Origin: Pseudomonadota bacterium
GTDB taxonomy: Bacteria; Pseudomonadota; Gammaproteobacteria; Burkholderiales; JABEVD01
DNA length: 64,000 nucleotides
Reading direction: 5' to 3'
Assembly: GCA_021802545.1 (NCBI GenBank)
Contig: JAJZRS010000006.1
Location: 9,308-73,307, forward strand
In this document: positions 55,725 to 62,702 of the stretch, one piece after another
Position numbering within the stretch: position 1 is the first letter of the stretch
Layout of the letters: each line of letters begins with the position of its first letter
Position numbers and translations under genes: made by a program
Notes under the pieces: model-generated
The model's input: only the letters and a program-made list of their open reading frames with translations
Told to the model about the DNA's origin: nothing
Databases searched by the model: none

Positions 55725-58616
55725 ATGAAATTCAAACCACATATGTGGGTCATTGTCTTAATCCTCCTCTCCACTTGTACGCAGGCAGCCGTCCTGCGCG
55801 TCGTAACCGATGACAATTATCCCCCATACCTTTATCGCAACCCTGAAGGCAAAATCCAGGGTTACGAAGTCGACATATGGAAGTTGTGGGAGCAGAAAAC
55901 CGGCATCAAAGTAGATCTCATGGCGACGCAATGGGCGGATGCGCAACGCAGGCTGCTGGATGGAAAAGCTGATGTCATTGACATGATATTTCGTACACCT
56001 GAACGAGAAATTCTCTATGACTTTTCAAAACCTTATGTGAAGCAATCGGTGGCTATATATGTGGATGCGTCGATTTCGGGAATACATAATATTGACGACC
56101 TGAAAGGTTTTCAGATCGGCGTCGAAGCGGGCGATGCATGCGTCGAAAAACTACATGATTCGGGGGTGCTCGATCTGCGCCTTTACGATAATTATTCCGA
56201 CATGATTGAGAGTGCATCGCGGCAACAGATCAAGATGTTTTGCCTGGACGAAAAACCAGCTAATTACTACCTTTACAAACTCAACCTCTATGAAAAATTC
56301 AACAAGGCATTCGTGCTCTATCAGGCCTCCTTTCACCAGGCCGTGAAAAAAGGAAATTCTGCGGAATTGCGGCTTGTCGAGCAGGGAATGCAAGAAATCA
56401 CTTCCCAGGAAAAGGATGCGTTGAAAAAGAAATGGTATGGCGAAGCCTATCCTCAATTCAAGCATTCAAAAATTCTCGCCGAACTTTTGACCGGCTTGAT
56501 TTTGCTGCTCGCGGCGTCGATGGTATGGCTAAAATCGCTGCGCAGCGCTGTACGATCAAGGACGTCAGAATTGGAGCAGGAACGCGCTCAGCTTCGCACG
56601 CTGGTCGAAAGCAGTCCGGACTTGATCTGGTTGAAAAACGAGGAAGGGGTCTATCTGACATGCAATCAAAAGGCAGCGCTGATGCTCGGCAAGACTCCTC
56701 AGGAAGTCATCGGCAAGACAGATGCTGATTTGATGGATCAGAATATTGCAGACCAACTCAGGAAAGACGATCTGCGAGCGATTCAATCCGGCCAGCTGGT
56801 TTCGGTTGAAGAATGGATGCCTGCCACAGATGGAACCCCCCGCTTGCTTGAGACAGTCAAGTTGCCAATCAGGGGATCAGCGGGAAATTTCATAGGCGTG
56901 CTTGGGGTAGCGCGCGACATCACGGAGCGCCGATCAAACGAGCGTGCATTGGCAAATCAAGCCAGTATGCTCAAGGAAATGAGCGGTTTGGCTCACATCG
57001 GAGCTTGGGAATTCGATCCGGTCACGGGAGACGGGACTTGGACAGAAGAGGTGGCGCTGATCCACGAGGTTGACACGACGGCCTCTACCAACATGTCCTT
57101 TGGTATGAGCTTCTATATTGGGGAGAGCCGGAAAGCCATTGAACAGGCAGTCGATGCCGCAATAACGAGCGGGGCCCCCTACGACCTGGAGCTTGAAATG
57201 GTCACAGCCAAGGGAAATCGCAAGTGGGTTCGTACCATCTGCCATCCTTTGATTGAAGAAGGGAAGGTGATACGGATTCGCGGGACGATTCAGGACATTA
57301 CTGAGCGAAAGCGTGTCGAGGCGCAAGTCGAACACTTGGCATTCCATGATCAGCTGACGAGGCTTCCCAATCGCAGATTGTTCCGCGACCGTCTCGAGCA
57401 GGACATGAAGCGCGTGATTAGAGACAAATCCTCTCTTGCGCTGCTGTTCATTGACCTGGACCGATTCAAGGAAGTGAACGATACGCTGGGGCATGACAAG
57501 GGCGACATTCTCCTTGTCGAGGCAGCAAGGCGGATCAGGCAACATGTGCGGGATTCGGACACCATCGCTCGACTCGGGGGGGATGAATTTGCCATCATTC
57601 TGCCTGACTATGGAGAGACATCGAACATCGATCGAGTTGTGAGGGAAGTGCTGCAAGCCCTCGAAATGCCGTTCGACTTGGGGGACAGGAATGTCGGCCA
57701 CATTTCCGGCAGCATCGGTATCGCCCTCTATCCCCACGAGGCCGAGAGCATCGATGATCTGTTGAGGCACGCTGATCAGGCAATGTATGCAGCAAAAAGT
57801 TCTGGAGCAAACCGTTTCAGCTATTTCACGCGGAAAATGCAGGATGAAGCTCGCAATAAGGTGTGTCTGACCAACGAACTTCGCCATGCACTGGAACTGA
57901 ATCAGCTCGAAGTGTATTTCCAGCCTATCGTGGATACCCGAAGCAGCGAAATCGTCAAGGCAGAGGCATTGCTGCGTTGGCATCATCCTGAACGTGGAGA
58001 CATCAGCCCTGTCATTTTTATTCCACTGGCAGAGGAGTCGGGGCTGATTCTGGAGATTGGCGATTGGGTGTTCAAGGAAGCCTTGAGAAACATCGCAACA
58101 TGGCAGAAAAATACCGGGAAACTGCTTCAGGTCAGCGTGAACAAGTCATCTGCACAATTCATGCGGGAAGATAAGCCACGCTGGCGGGAAAGTTACCTCA
58201 GATCGGGGCTGCCCGAGCACGTCGTCACGGTTGAAATTACCGAAAGCTTGTTGTTGTCCGATTCTGAAAGGGTAAGAAGTTCATTTGATTTTTTTAAGGA
58301 ACATGGCATCGAGCTGTCAATCGATGATTTCGGAACTGGTTTTTCAGCCCTTTCATACCTGCACCGCTTCGATGTCGATTACCTGAAAGTAGACAAGTCT
58401 TTCGTGCAGAAGATGACGACAGACGCCTCCAGCAGGGCATTGACCGAGGCAATCATCATCATGGCGCACAAGCTCAACATCAAGACGATCGCCGAAGGCG
58501 TTGAAACAGAAGAGCAGCGCGATCTGCTTAAAGCATTCGGCTGCGACTACCTGCAAGGTTTCCTTTTTTCCAAACCCGTTCCTGCGAGCGAATTCGAAAA
58601 AATGATTTGTGGATGA
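55725..58616 (+). CDS. Periplasmic SBP(family 3)-TM-PAS-PAS-GGDEF-EAL signalling protein
   Basis: The N-terminal solute-binding domain reads LRVVTDDNYPPYLYRNPEGKIQGYEVDIW. A TM helix and two PAS domains follow. GGDEF is intact (ARLGGDEFAI) and EAL is intact (AEALLRWHHP, EITE, DDFGTGFS, KVDKSF, EGVE, QG). ATG 55725 is preferred over the TTG at 55707. Confidence 0.9.
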   Translation: MKFKPHMWVIVLILLSTCTQAAVLRVVTDDNYPPYLYRNPEGKIQGYEVDIWKLWEQKTGIKVDLMATQWADAQRRLLDGKADVIDMIFRTPEREILYDFSKPYVKQSVAIYVDASISGIHNIDDLKGFQIGVEAGDACVEKLHDSGVLDLRLYDNYSDMIESASRQQIKMFCLDEKPANYYLYKLNLYEKFNKAFVLYQASFHQAVKKGNSAELRLVEQGMQEITSQEKDALKKKWYGEAYPQFKHSKILAELLTGLILLLAASMVWLKSLRSAVRSRTSELEQERAQLRTLVESSPDLIWLKNEEGVYLTCNQKAALMLGKTPQEVIGKTDADLMDQNIADQLRKDDLRAIQSGQLVSVEEWMPATDGTPRLLETVKLPIRGSAGNFIGVLGVARDITERRSNERALANQASMLKEMSGLAHIGAWEFDPVTGDGTWTEEVALIHEVDTTASTNMSFGMSFYIGESRKAIEQAVDAAITSGAPYDLELEMVTAKGNRKWVRTICHPLIEEGKVIRIRGTIQDITERKRVEAQVEHLAFHDQLTRLPNRRLFRDRLEQDMKRVIRDKSSLALLFIDLDRFKEVNDTLGHDKGDILLVEAARRIRQHVRDSDTIARLGGDEFAIILPDYGETSNIDRVVREVLQALEMPFDLGDRNVGHISGSIGIALYPHEAESIDDLLRHADQAMYAAKSSGANRFSYFTRKMQDEARNKVCLTNELRHALELNQLEVYFQPIVDTRSSEIVKAEALLRWHHPERGDISPVIFIPLAEESGLILEIGDWVFKEALRNIATWQKNTGKLLQVSVNKSSAQFMREDKPRWRESYLRSGLPEHVVTVEITESLLLSDSERVRSSFDFFKEHGIELSIDDFGTGFSALSYLHRFDVDYLKVDKSFVQKMTTDASSRALTEAIIIMAHKLNIKTIAEGVETEEQRDLLKAFGCDYLQGFLFSKPVPASEFEKMICG

Positions 58617-58716
58617 ACCAATGAAAACATCTGTTTTCTGATCTCAACTGTCAATTGCAATGTAGTTGGGGATCCTCTAACTGCTTTTCACGAGTTGCGG
58701 ATCGGGGTGAAACGAA

Positions 58717-58751
58717 AAAGGCGTGCAAATCATGCAAGCCTTTGTTTTATT
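58717..58751 (+). terminator. Rho-independent terminator (one mismatch in stem)
   Basis: The hairpin AAAGGCGTGCA-AATCA-TGCAAGCCTTT is followed by GTTTTATT. Confidence 0.55.
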
Positions 58752-58780
58752 TGGCTCCCCGACCTGGACTCGTGACCTGC
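58752..58780 (-). repeat. tRNA-Asn 3'-end fragment C (att-like direct repeat)
   Basis: TGGCTCCCCGACCTGGACTCG (21 nt) is identical to 61346-61366. GACCTGC follows, matching the tRNA after a 7-nt deletion. Confidence 0.8.
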
Positions 58781-58798
58781 CCCCAAAAGGGATACCTG

Positions 58799-58837
58799 AT
58801 GCAAGCCTTTGTTTTATTCGGCTCACCAACTTGAATG
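58799..58837 (-). repeat. Degenerate duplicate of terminator tail + tRNA fragment (67-bp offset from fragment C)
   Basis: ATGCAAGCCTTTGTTTTATT (58799-58818) is identical to 58732-58751. The following 19 nt match fragment C at 12 positions. Confidence 0.65.
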
Positions 58838-58892
58838 AATCAGTGTAACTGGATTTATACCATCGCAATTTGAATATGGTGTGCCTTGAGTT

Positions 58893-59204
58893 TTATTTGT
58901 CAGCAGCATACGTTGAATTTATTTTGGCATTAAATTCTTCTAGTGCCATTGATATAGGTTTTTCATTCTCAGCCAAACCCTTCAACGTGTTTTGACAAAA
59001 TTCGATTAGCGTAGATGTCGGGACAGTTACCTGAAAATTGATTTTACGTAGTTCCTTGCCAGACTTTTCATCTAGCCCAACGGTTGTTTGGATCTGTATC
59101 TTTGATACAGGAATACCAATCATAGCTGATAGCCCATCAGCATAAACTTGAGCAGCAGATGCCATAGACTCAGGTATTACAGAAACGATAGGGGGAGTGC
59201 TCAT
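58893..59204 (-). CDS. Hypothetical protein (103 aa), third gene of the AT-rich operon
   Basis: This intact ORF has a start that overlaps the upstream stop by 4 nt (ATGA). I recognise no family. The composition is strongly AT-rich compared with the rest of the window. Confidence 0.55.
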   Translation of the reverse strand: MSTPPIVSVIPESMASAAQVYADGLSAMIGIPVSKIQIQTTVGLDEKSGKELRKINFQVTVPTSTLIEFCQNTLKGLAENEKPISMALEEFNAKINSTYAADK

Positions 59205-59797
59205 CTCTTTATCCTTGTTGAGTTGTTATCTAGATAGTGTCTTTCATGTGTTGCTACACTCAATTCTGTCATGCTTCCACTTTCTGCAGAGGCTATCGGC
59301 AGTAACTCAATGTTTGTTCTAATGGAGAATGGTGACATAACAGAAATATAGAAAGGTTTATGGTTTCCATTAGTAATATCTTGCGCTACTTCATATGCTG
59401 ATTGCACATGCAATATCGGGAATGTGGTTGTTACTGTTTGAGTCGCATGAGGCGCATCCTTCCAATATGATGTACGTTCCTCAGTTATCTTTCGCGCTGA
59501 AATCACAGGCTCCATACCCATGCCGAGCAAAAGGTCGCTCACGGTATCTATAGTCCAATTGCCGGGTGATCCTAGCCAACGAGTGATTTGTTCAGGTTTT
59601 CGTTTAATTTTTCTAGCAAGTTTTGCACGACTCGTTTTGCCTGCGCGCTCTTGAGCTGCAAATTCCCTTAGCACAAGTTCGTGGAGTTTATTGCTAAAAC
59701 GTCCACGAAAATATGCCAACATTACAGTTGGAATCTCTTTGCCACTTTCTTCAGGCTCAGACGAGGTAGGTATTTGATATACAGGCTGGGTAGTCAT
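59201..59797 (-). CDS. HTH (XRE-like) protein with ~110-aa C-terminal domain of unknown function
   Basis: The segment TSRAKLARKIKRKPEQITRWLGSPGNWTIDTVSDLLLGMGME looks like an XRE-type helix-turn-helix. AGGAG precedes the ATG-ATG pair at 59800/59797. It overlaps the upstream gene by ~41 nt. Confidence 0.55.
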   Translation of the reverse strand: MTTQPVYQIPTSSEPEESGKEIPTVMLAYFRGRFSNKLHELVLREFAAQERAGKTSRAKLARKIKRKPEQITRWLGSPGNWTIDTVSDLLLGMGMEPVISARKITEERTSYWKDAPHATQTVTTTFPILHVQSAYEVAQDITNGNHKPFYISVMSPFSIRTNIELLPIASAESGSMTELSVATHERHYLDNNSTRIKR

Positions 59798-60299
59798 CAT
59801 CGTCTCCTGATGATTTAGGTTCGTAGGTTGGGAGTAGTTTTTTCCACTCCGTTTTGCAGCCGACAATTGCATCCCTCCATGCTCTATCTGTAGGGCCTCC
59901 CAGGTCAGTTCTGTGCCACCAATTCAAAGCGATAAACACATCTCTATCAGCAAATCTTCCCAGTACTCGGATACTAGGCTTCGGGTCTCTGCTTCTAATT
60001 TCCCATACTTCCTCGCGAAATCGAAACAACTGCCTCATGTATGCGTTCTTGCCCCCAAGTAGAGGATGTTCTGCTATTGGAATTATCCCGCCTTGCATAA
60101 ACCGATCGAAATCGGCGCGCAGATAACCACATCGCTCTTCCCATTCTTCGTTATGCCATGGCCCAACAAGAAGAGAATAGATTTCCTCATTAACGTACAT
60201 CTGTCGAGGACTTGCTCCTTCGTCTGGCGCCATTATCGGTTGCAACAAATGAAGTCGCCCCTCTTGTACTCTATTTGTAATTTCAGCTGAAATTGACAT
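59757..60299 (-). CDS. Hypothetical protein (180 aa), possible RelE/Gp49-like toxin core with N-terminal extension
   Basis: The segment EVWEIRSRDPKPSIRVLGRFADRDVFIALNWWHR resembles the '..W E(L/I)R....yR(V/I)ly.f....vv.L..f.K' core of RelE/HigB/Gp49 toxins, but the similarity is weak. ATG 60299 is preferred over the TTG at 60308. Confidence 0.5.
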   Translation of the reverse strand: MSISAEITNRVQEGRLHLLQPIMAPDEGASPRQMYVNEEIYSLLVGPWHNEEWEERCGYLRADFDRFMQGGIIPIAEHPLLGGKNAYMRQLFRFREEVWEIRSRDPKPSIRVLGRFADRDVFIALNWWHRTDLGGPTDRAWRDAIVGCKTEWKKLLPTYEPKSSGDDDDYPACISNTYLV

Positions 60300-60521
60300 A
60301 TAAGTCAATATGTATGTTCGACATATGAATCAATATATTCGTTCTCGAATAGAATCAGTATCTCCCGTCTAAGTAACACGGGGGGCTACAAATACATTCC
60401 CAGCAAATCTATCCTCTTTCCCCTGTTCTGACAATGATCTAGACACATTCCATTTACGCAGCCGAGCACCGCACAGTAAGACAAAGGGGAAGTGAACGCT
60501 GGAGCGTAGGCGCCGAGAAAT

Positions 60522-60917
60522 CTAGCGGGGAGTTTCCTGCATGAACAACGAGCGCATGGAGCGAACGAATTCCTGCGCCTCCAGCACTGATCTGGCAGCA
60601 TCTTCGGGTTCAACGGAGTCACCTTTGTAATCGGCGATGAGACGAAGTTCCTCCGCCCGATTAAGCGCTTTTCCAAGTTCTATCGGCACGCGCTTCGTCT
60701 TGACGAGATTCAGGCTGAATGCGGTGATCAGGCCGTTGTGCGTTCTGGCGATTTCGGGTTGAACATTGGAACGCGATGTCAGCAAGGCTGCCCGGGCAGC
60801 GTCGAACATGGCGTAGTATGCCCGGTTGCAGGCGCCGTCGACATCCCCAGCTTCCAGCAGCAGTTTTGCGGACACAACTGCCTGGTCCGCTTTTGCCATC
60901 AAATCAGCGGCGTTCAC
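60522..60917 (-). CDS. HEPN domain protein (toxin of a HEPN/MNT pair)
   Basis: It is a helical protein with ..A...L.......D.A.NRAYYAMF.AA.A.L and ...THNGL..F. The GTG start overlaps the MNT gene stop (GTGA). Confidence 0.75.
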   Translation of the reverse strand: MNAADLMAKADQAVVSAKLLLEAGDVDGACNRAYYAMFDAARAALLTSRSNVQPEIARTHNGLITAFSLNLVKTKRVPIELGKALNRAEELRLIADYKGDSVEPEDAARSVLEAQEFVRSMRSLFMQETPR

Positions 60918-61261
60918 AGCCGAATGCCGTCACGGTCTATGTTTGCGAGCAGGCGGGGATTGGAATATGCATCCGGATGTACCCATTCCTGTTCCCAGAT
61001 CGGAAGGGGCTGGATGCGGATACCGGTTTCCAGAAGCACTTCATAGGCCAGGTCGCCCATGTCAAGCTTGGTCGACACGAAATTGCCGGGCTGCCCACGC
61101 AGGAGGACGGCCACGTCCGCATCGCTGTCTGGGCGGTGGGCTTTTCTTGCCCGGCTGCCGAAGAGGATGGCACCGGCGAAATCATAGCGATCCGAGACCA
61201 TTGCGATGAAGGAGCGGGTCGCGTTGATGGTTTCTGCGTCGATGTCAGCGAGAGAGCCCAT
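60914..61261 (-). CDS. Nucleotidyltransferase (MNT) domain protein (antitoxin of a HEPN/MNT pair)
   Basis: It has the LFGSRARKAHRPDSDADVAVLL GS-x10-DxD pol-beta signature. ATG 61261 is preferred over the TTG at 61297. Confidence 0.75.
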   Translation of the reverse strand: MGSLADIDAETINATRSFIAMVSDRYDFAGAILFGSRARKAHRPDSDADVAVLLRGQPGNFVSTKLDMGDLAYEVLLETGIRIQPLPIWEQEWVHPDAYSNPRLLANIDRDGIRL

Positions 61262-61268
61262 GCGTATA

Positions 61269-61297
61269 AGAATAGTAAGAGACTTTAGGAGTGTCAA
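61269..61297 (-). promoter_or_regulatory. Candidate promoter giving a (near-)leaderless MNT/HEPN transcript
   Basis: The minus strand has TTGACA (61297-61292), a 17-nt spacer and TATTCT (61274-61269). The ATG at 61261 lies only 7 nt downstream of the -10 element and has no SD sequence. Confidence 0.35.
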
Positions 61298-61302
61298 TGA
61301 AT

Positions 61303-61329
61303 CAAAAAAGCCCGGTCAGTAACCGGGCT
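61303..61329 (-). terminator. Rho-independent terminator of tRNA-Asn
   Basis: On the minus strand, the hairpin AGCCCGGT-TACTG-ACCGGGCT is followed by TTTTTT, 17 nt after the tRNA CCA end. Confidence 0.75.
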
Positions 61330-61345
61330 TTTCCTTCATCGATTC

Positions 61346-61421
61346 TGGCTCCCCGACCTGGACTCGAACCAGGGACCTGCGGATTAACAGTCCGTCGCTC
61401 TACCGACTGAGCTATCAGGGA
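61346..61421 (-). tRNA. tRNA-Asn (anticodon GTT)
   Basis: The 76-nt sequence is TCCCTGATAGCTCAGTCGGTAGAGCGACGGACTGTTAATCCGCAGGTCCCTGGTTCGAGTCCAGGTCGGGGAGCCA. It folds as a cloverleaf by eye with a 7-bp acceptor stem, anticodon loop CTGTTAA and an encoded CCA. It is very similar to E. coli tRNA-Asn. Confidence 0.95.
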
Positions 61422-61457
61422 ATAGAAGAAGAATTTTAAAGGTTGGCGCCTTTCAGG

Positions 61458-62654
61458 TCAAGACCCGAGCGCGTCTGCTATCCTGGAAAGCGCCTTCTCG
61501 AGGTTCTCCATCGAGGTCGCGAATGAAAGCCTCATGTAGCCTTCCAGCCCGAAAGCGGAACCCGGCACGACCGCAACCCCCGCCTTTTCCAGCAGGTATT
61601 CGCAGAAGGCGATGTCGGTGGCTTCATTGATGATGCCCTGTTCGTGCAGATTGGCGATCGCTTCCCTGGAATCCGCAAAGGCGTAGAATGCGCCGCCCGC
61701 GTGCAGGCATTTGAGGCCCGGAATCGAATTGAGCTTCTTCACCACATAGACGTGCCGCTTCCTGAATGCGTCCAGCATGGGCAGGATGCAGGACTGGTCG
61801 CCGTTGAGGGCGGCTTCGGCCGCGACCTGCGAAATCGAGGTCGGGTTAGAGGTGCTCTGCGACTGCACGTTCTCCATCGCCGTGATGAGCTCCGCGGGTC
61901 CCGCGCAATAGCCGATCCGCCATCCCGTCATCGAATAGGCCTTGGAAACCCCGTTCAGCACCATCGTCCTGCCGTAAAGATCGGGACAGGCGTTCAATAT
62001 GTTGACGAATTTCTTTCCCTGAAGGTTGATGTGCTCGTACATGTCGTCCGTTGCGATCAGCACCTGCGGATGGCGCCTCAAGACTTCCCCGAGCGCTTCC
62101 AGCTCCTCGAGGGAATAGACTGCGCCGCTCGGGTTGCTCGGGCTGTTGATCACGACCATCCTGGTTTTTGGCGTGATCGCAGCTTCCAGCTGCTTCGGGG
62201 TGATCCTGAATCCCTGCTCGATGCCTGCCTCGACGATCGCGGGCTTGCCTCCGGCGATCACGACGATGTCCGGATAGGAGACCCAGTAGGGGGCGGGAAT
62301 GACGACTTCGTCGCCTTCGTCTATGGCTGCAAGCGCGAGATTGAAAAAGCTCTGCTTGCCCCCACATGAAACGAGGATCTGCTTCGCTTCGTATTCGAGG
62401 CCGTTGTCGCGCATGAATTTCTCGATGATCGCGCGCTTGAGGCTCGGCGTTCCGCCGACCGCGGTATACTTGGTGAATCCGCTCTCGATCGCAGCGATGG
62501 CTGCATCCTTGATGTGCCTTGGCGTGTCGAAATCGGGTTCACCCGCCCCCAGGCCGATGATGTCGCGTCCTTCCGCCTTGAGCTTCGCAGCTCTTGCGGT
62601 GACGGCGAGTGTGGGGGAGGGTTTGATGGCCTGGACGCGAGTCGAAAGTTTCAC
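61458..62654 (-). CDS. Class I PLP-dependent aminotransferase (aspartate/prephenate aminotransferase type)
   Basis: It reads [31 protein letters not shown] and the PLP-Lys motif [13 protein letters not shown]. The GTG start 62654 ([15 protein letters not shown]) is preceded by TAGGGAA. The longer track N-terminus is rejected. Confidence 0.88.
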   Translation of the reverse strand: MKLSTRVQAIKPSPTLAVTARAAKLKAEGRDIIGLGAGEPDFDTPRHIKDAAIAAIESGFTKYTAVGGTPSLKRAIIEKFMRDNGLEYEAKQILVSCGGKQSFFNLALAAIDEGDEVVIPAPYWVSYPDIVVIAGGKPAIVEAGIEQGFRITPKQLEAAITPKTRMVVINSPSNPSGAVYSLEELEALGEVLRRHPQVLIATDDMYEHINLQGKKFVNILNACPDLYGRTMVLNGVSKAYSMTGWRIGYCAGPAELITAMENVQSQSTSNPTSISQVAAEAALNGDQSCILPMLDAFRKRHVYVVKKLNSIPGLKCLHAGGAFYAFADSREAIANLHEQGIINEATDIAFCEYLLEKAGVAVVPGSAFGLEGYMRLSFATSMENLEKALSRIADALGS

Positions 62655-62702
62655 TTTGTTCCCTATGTTAGAATTGCCCTTTGTTGCAGTCGAATTATAC
62701 CG

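Larger units (their letters stand above)
52195..61345 (-). mobile_element. Degenerate tandem genomic-island array inserted at the 3' end of tRNA-Asn (no integrase present)
   Basis: It is bounded by the intact tRNA-Asn (61346-61421) and a 21-nt exact copy of its 3' end (52195-52215). Two further fragments (55247-55292, 58752-80) have the same orientation. The interior is visibly AT-richer than the flanks and carries accessory genes (GGDEF-EAL x2, TA-like modules). Confidence 0.55.

Noticed and set aside
58677-58868. 63-aa minus-strand ORF covering the att-fragment duplication.
   Set aside because: It is composed of tRNA-derived and terminator sequence and has no SD. It is an artefact of the repeat region.
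60386-60676. 96-aa minus-strand ORF between the AT-rich operon and the HEPN gene.
   Set aside because: It overlaps the 3' end of the HEPN gene in another frame and has no SD and no motifs. The 60309-60521 segment is more likely the promoter or spacer of the AT-rich operon.
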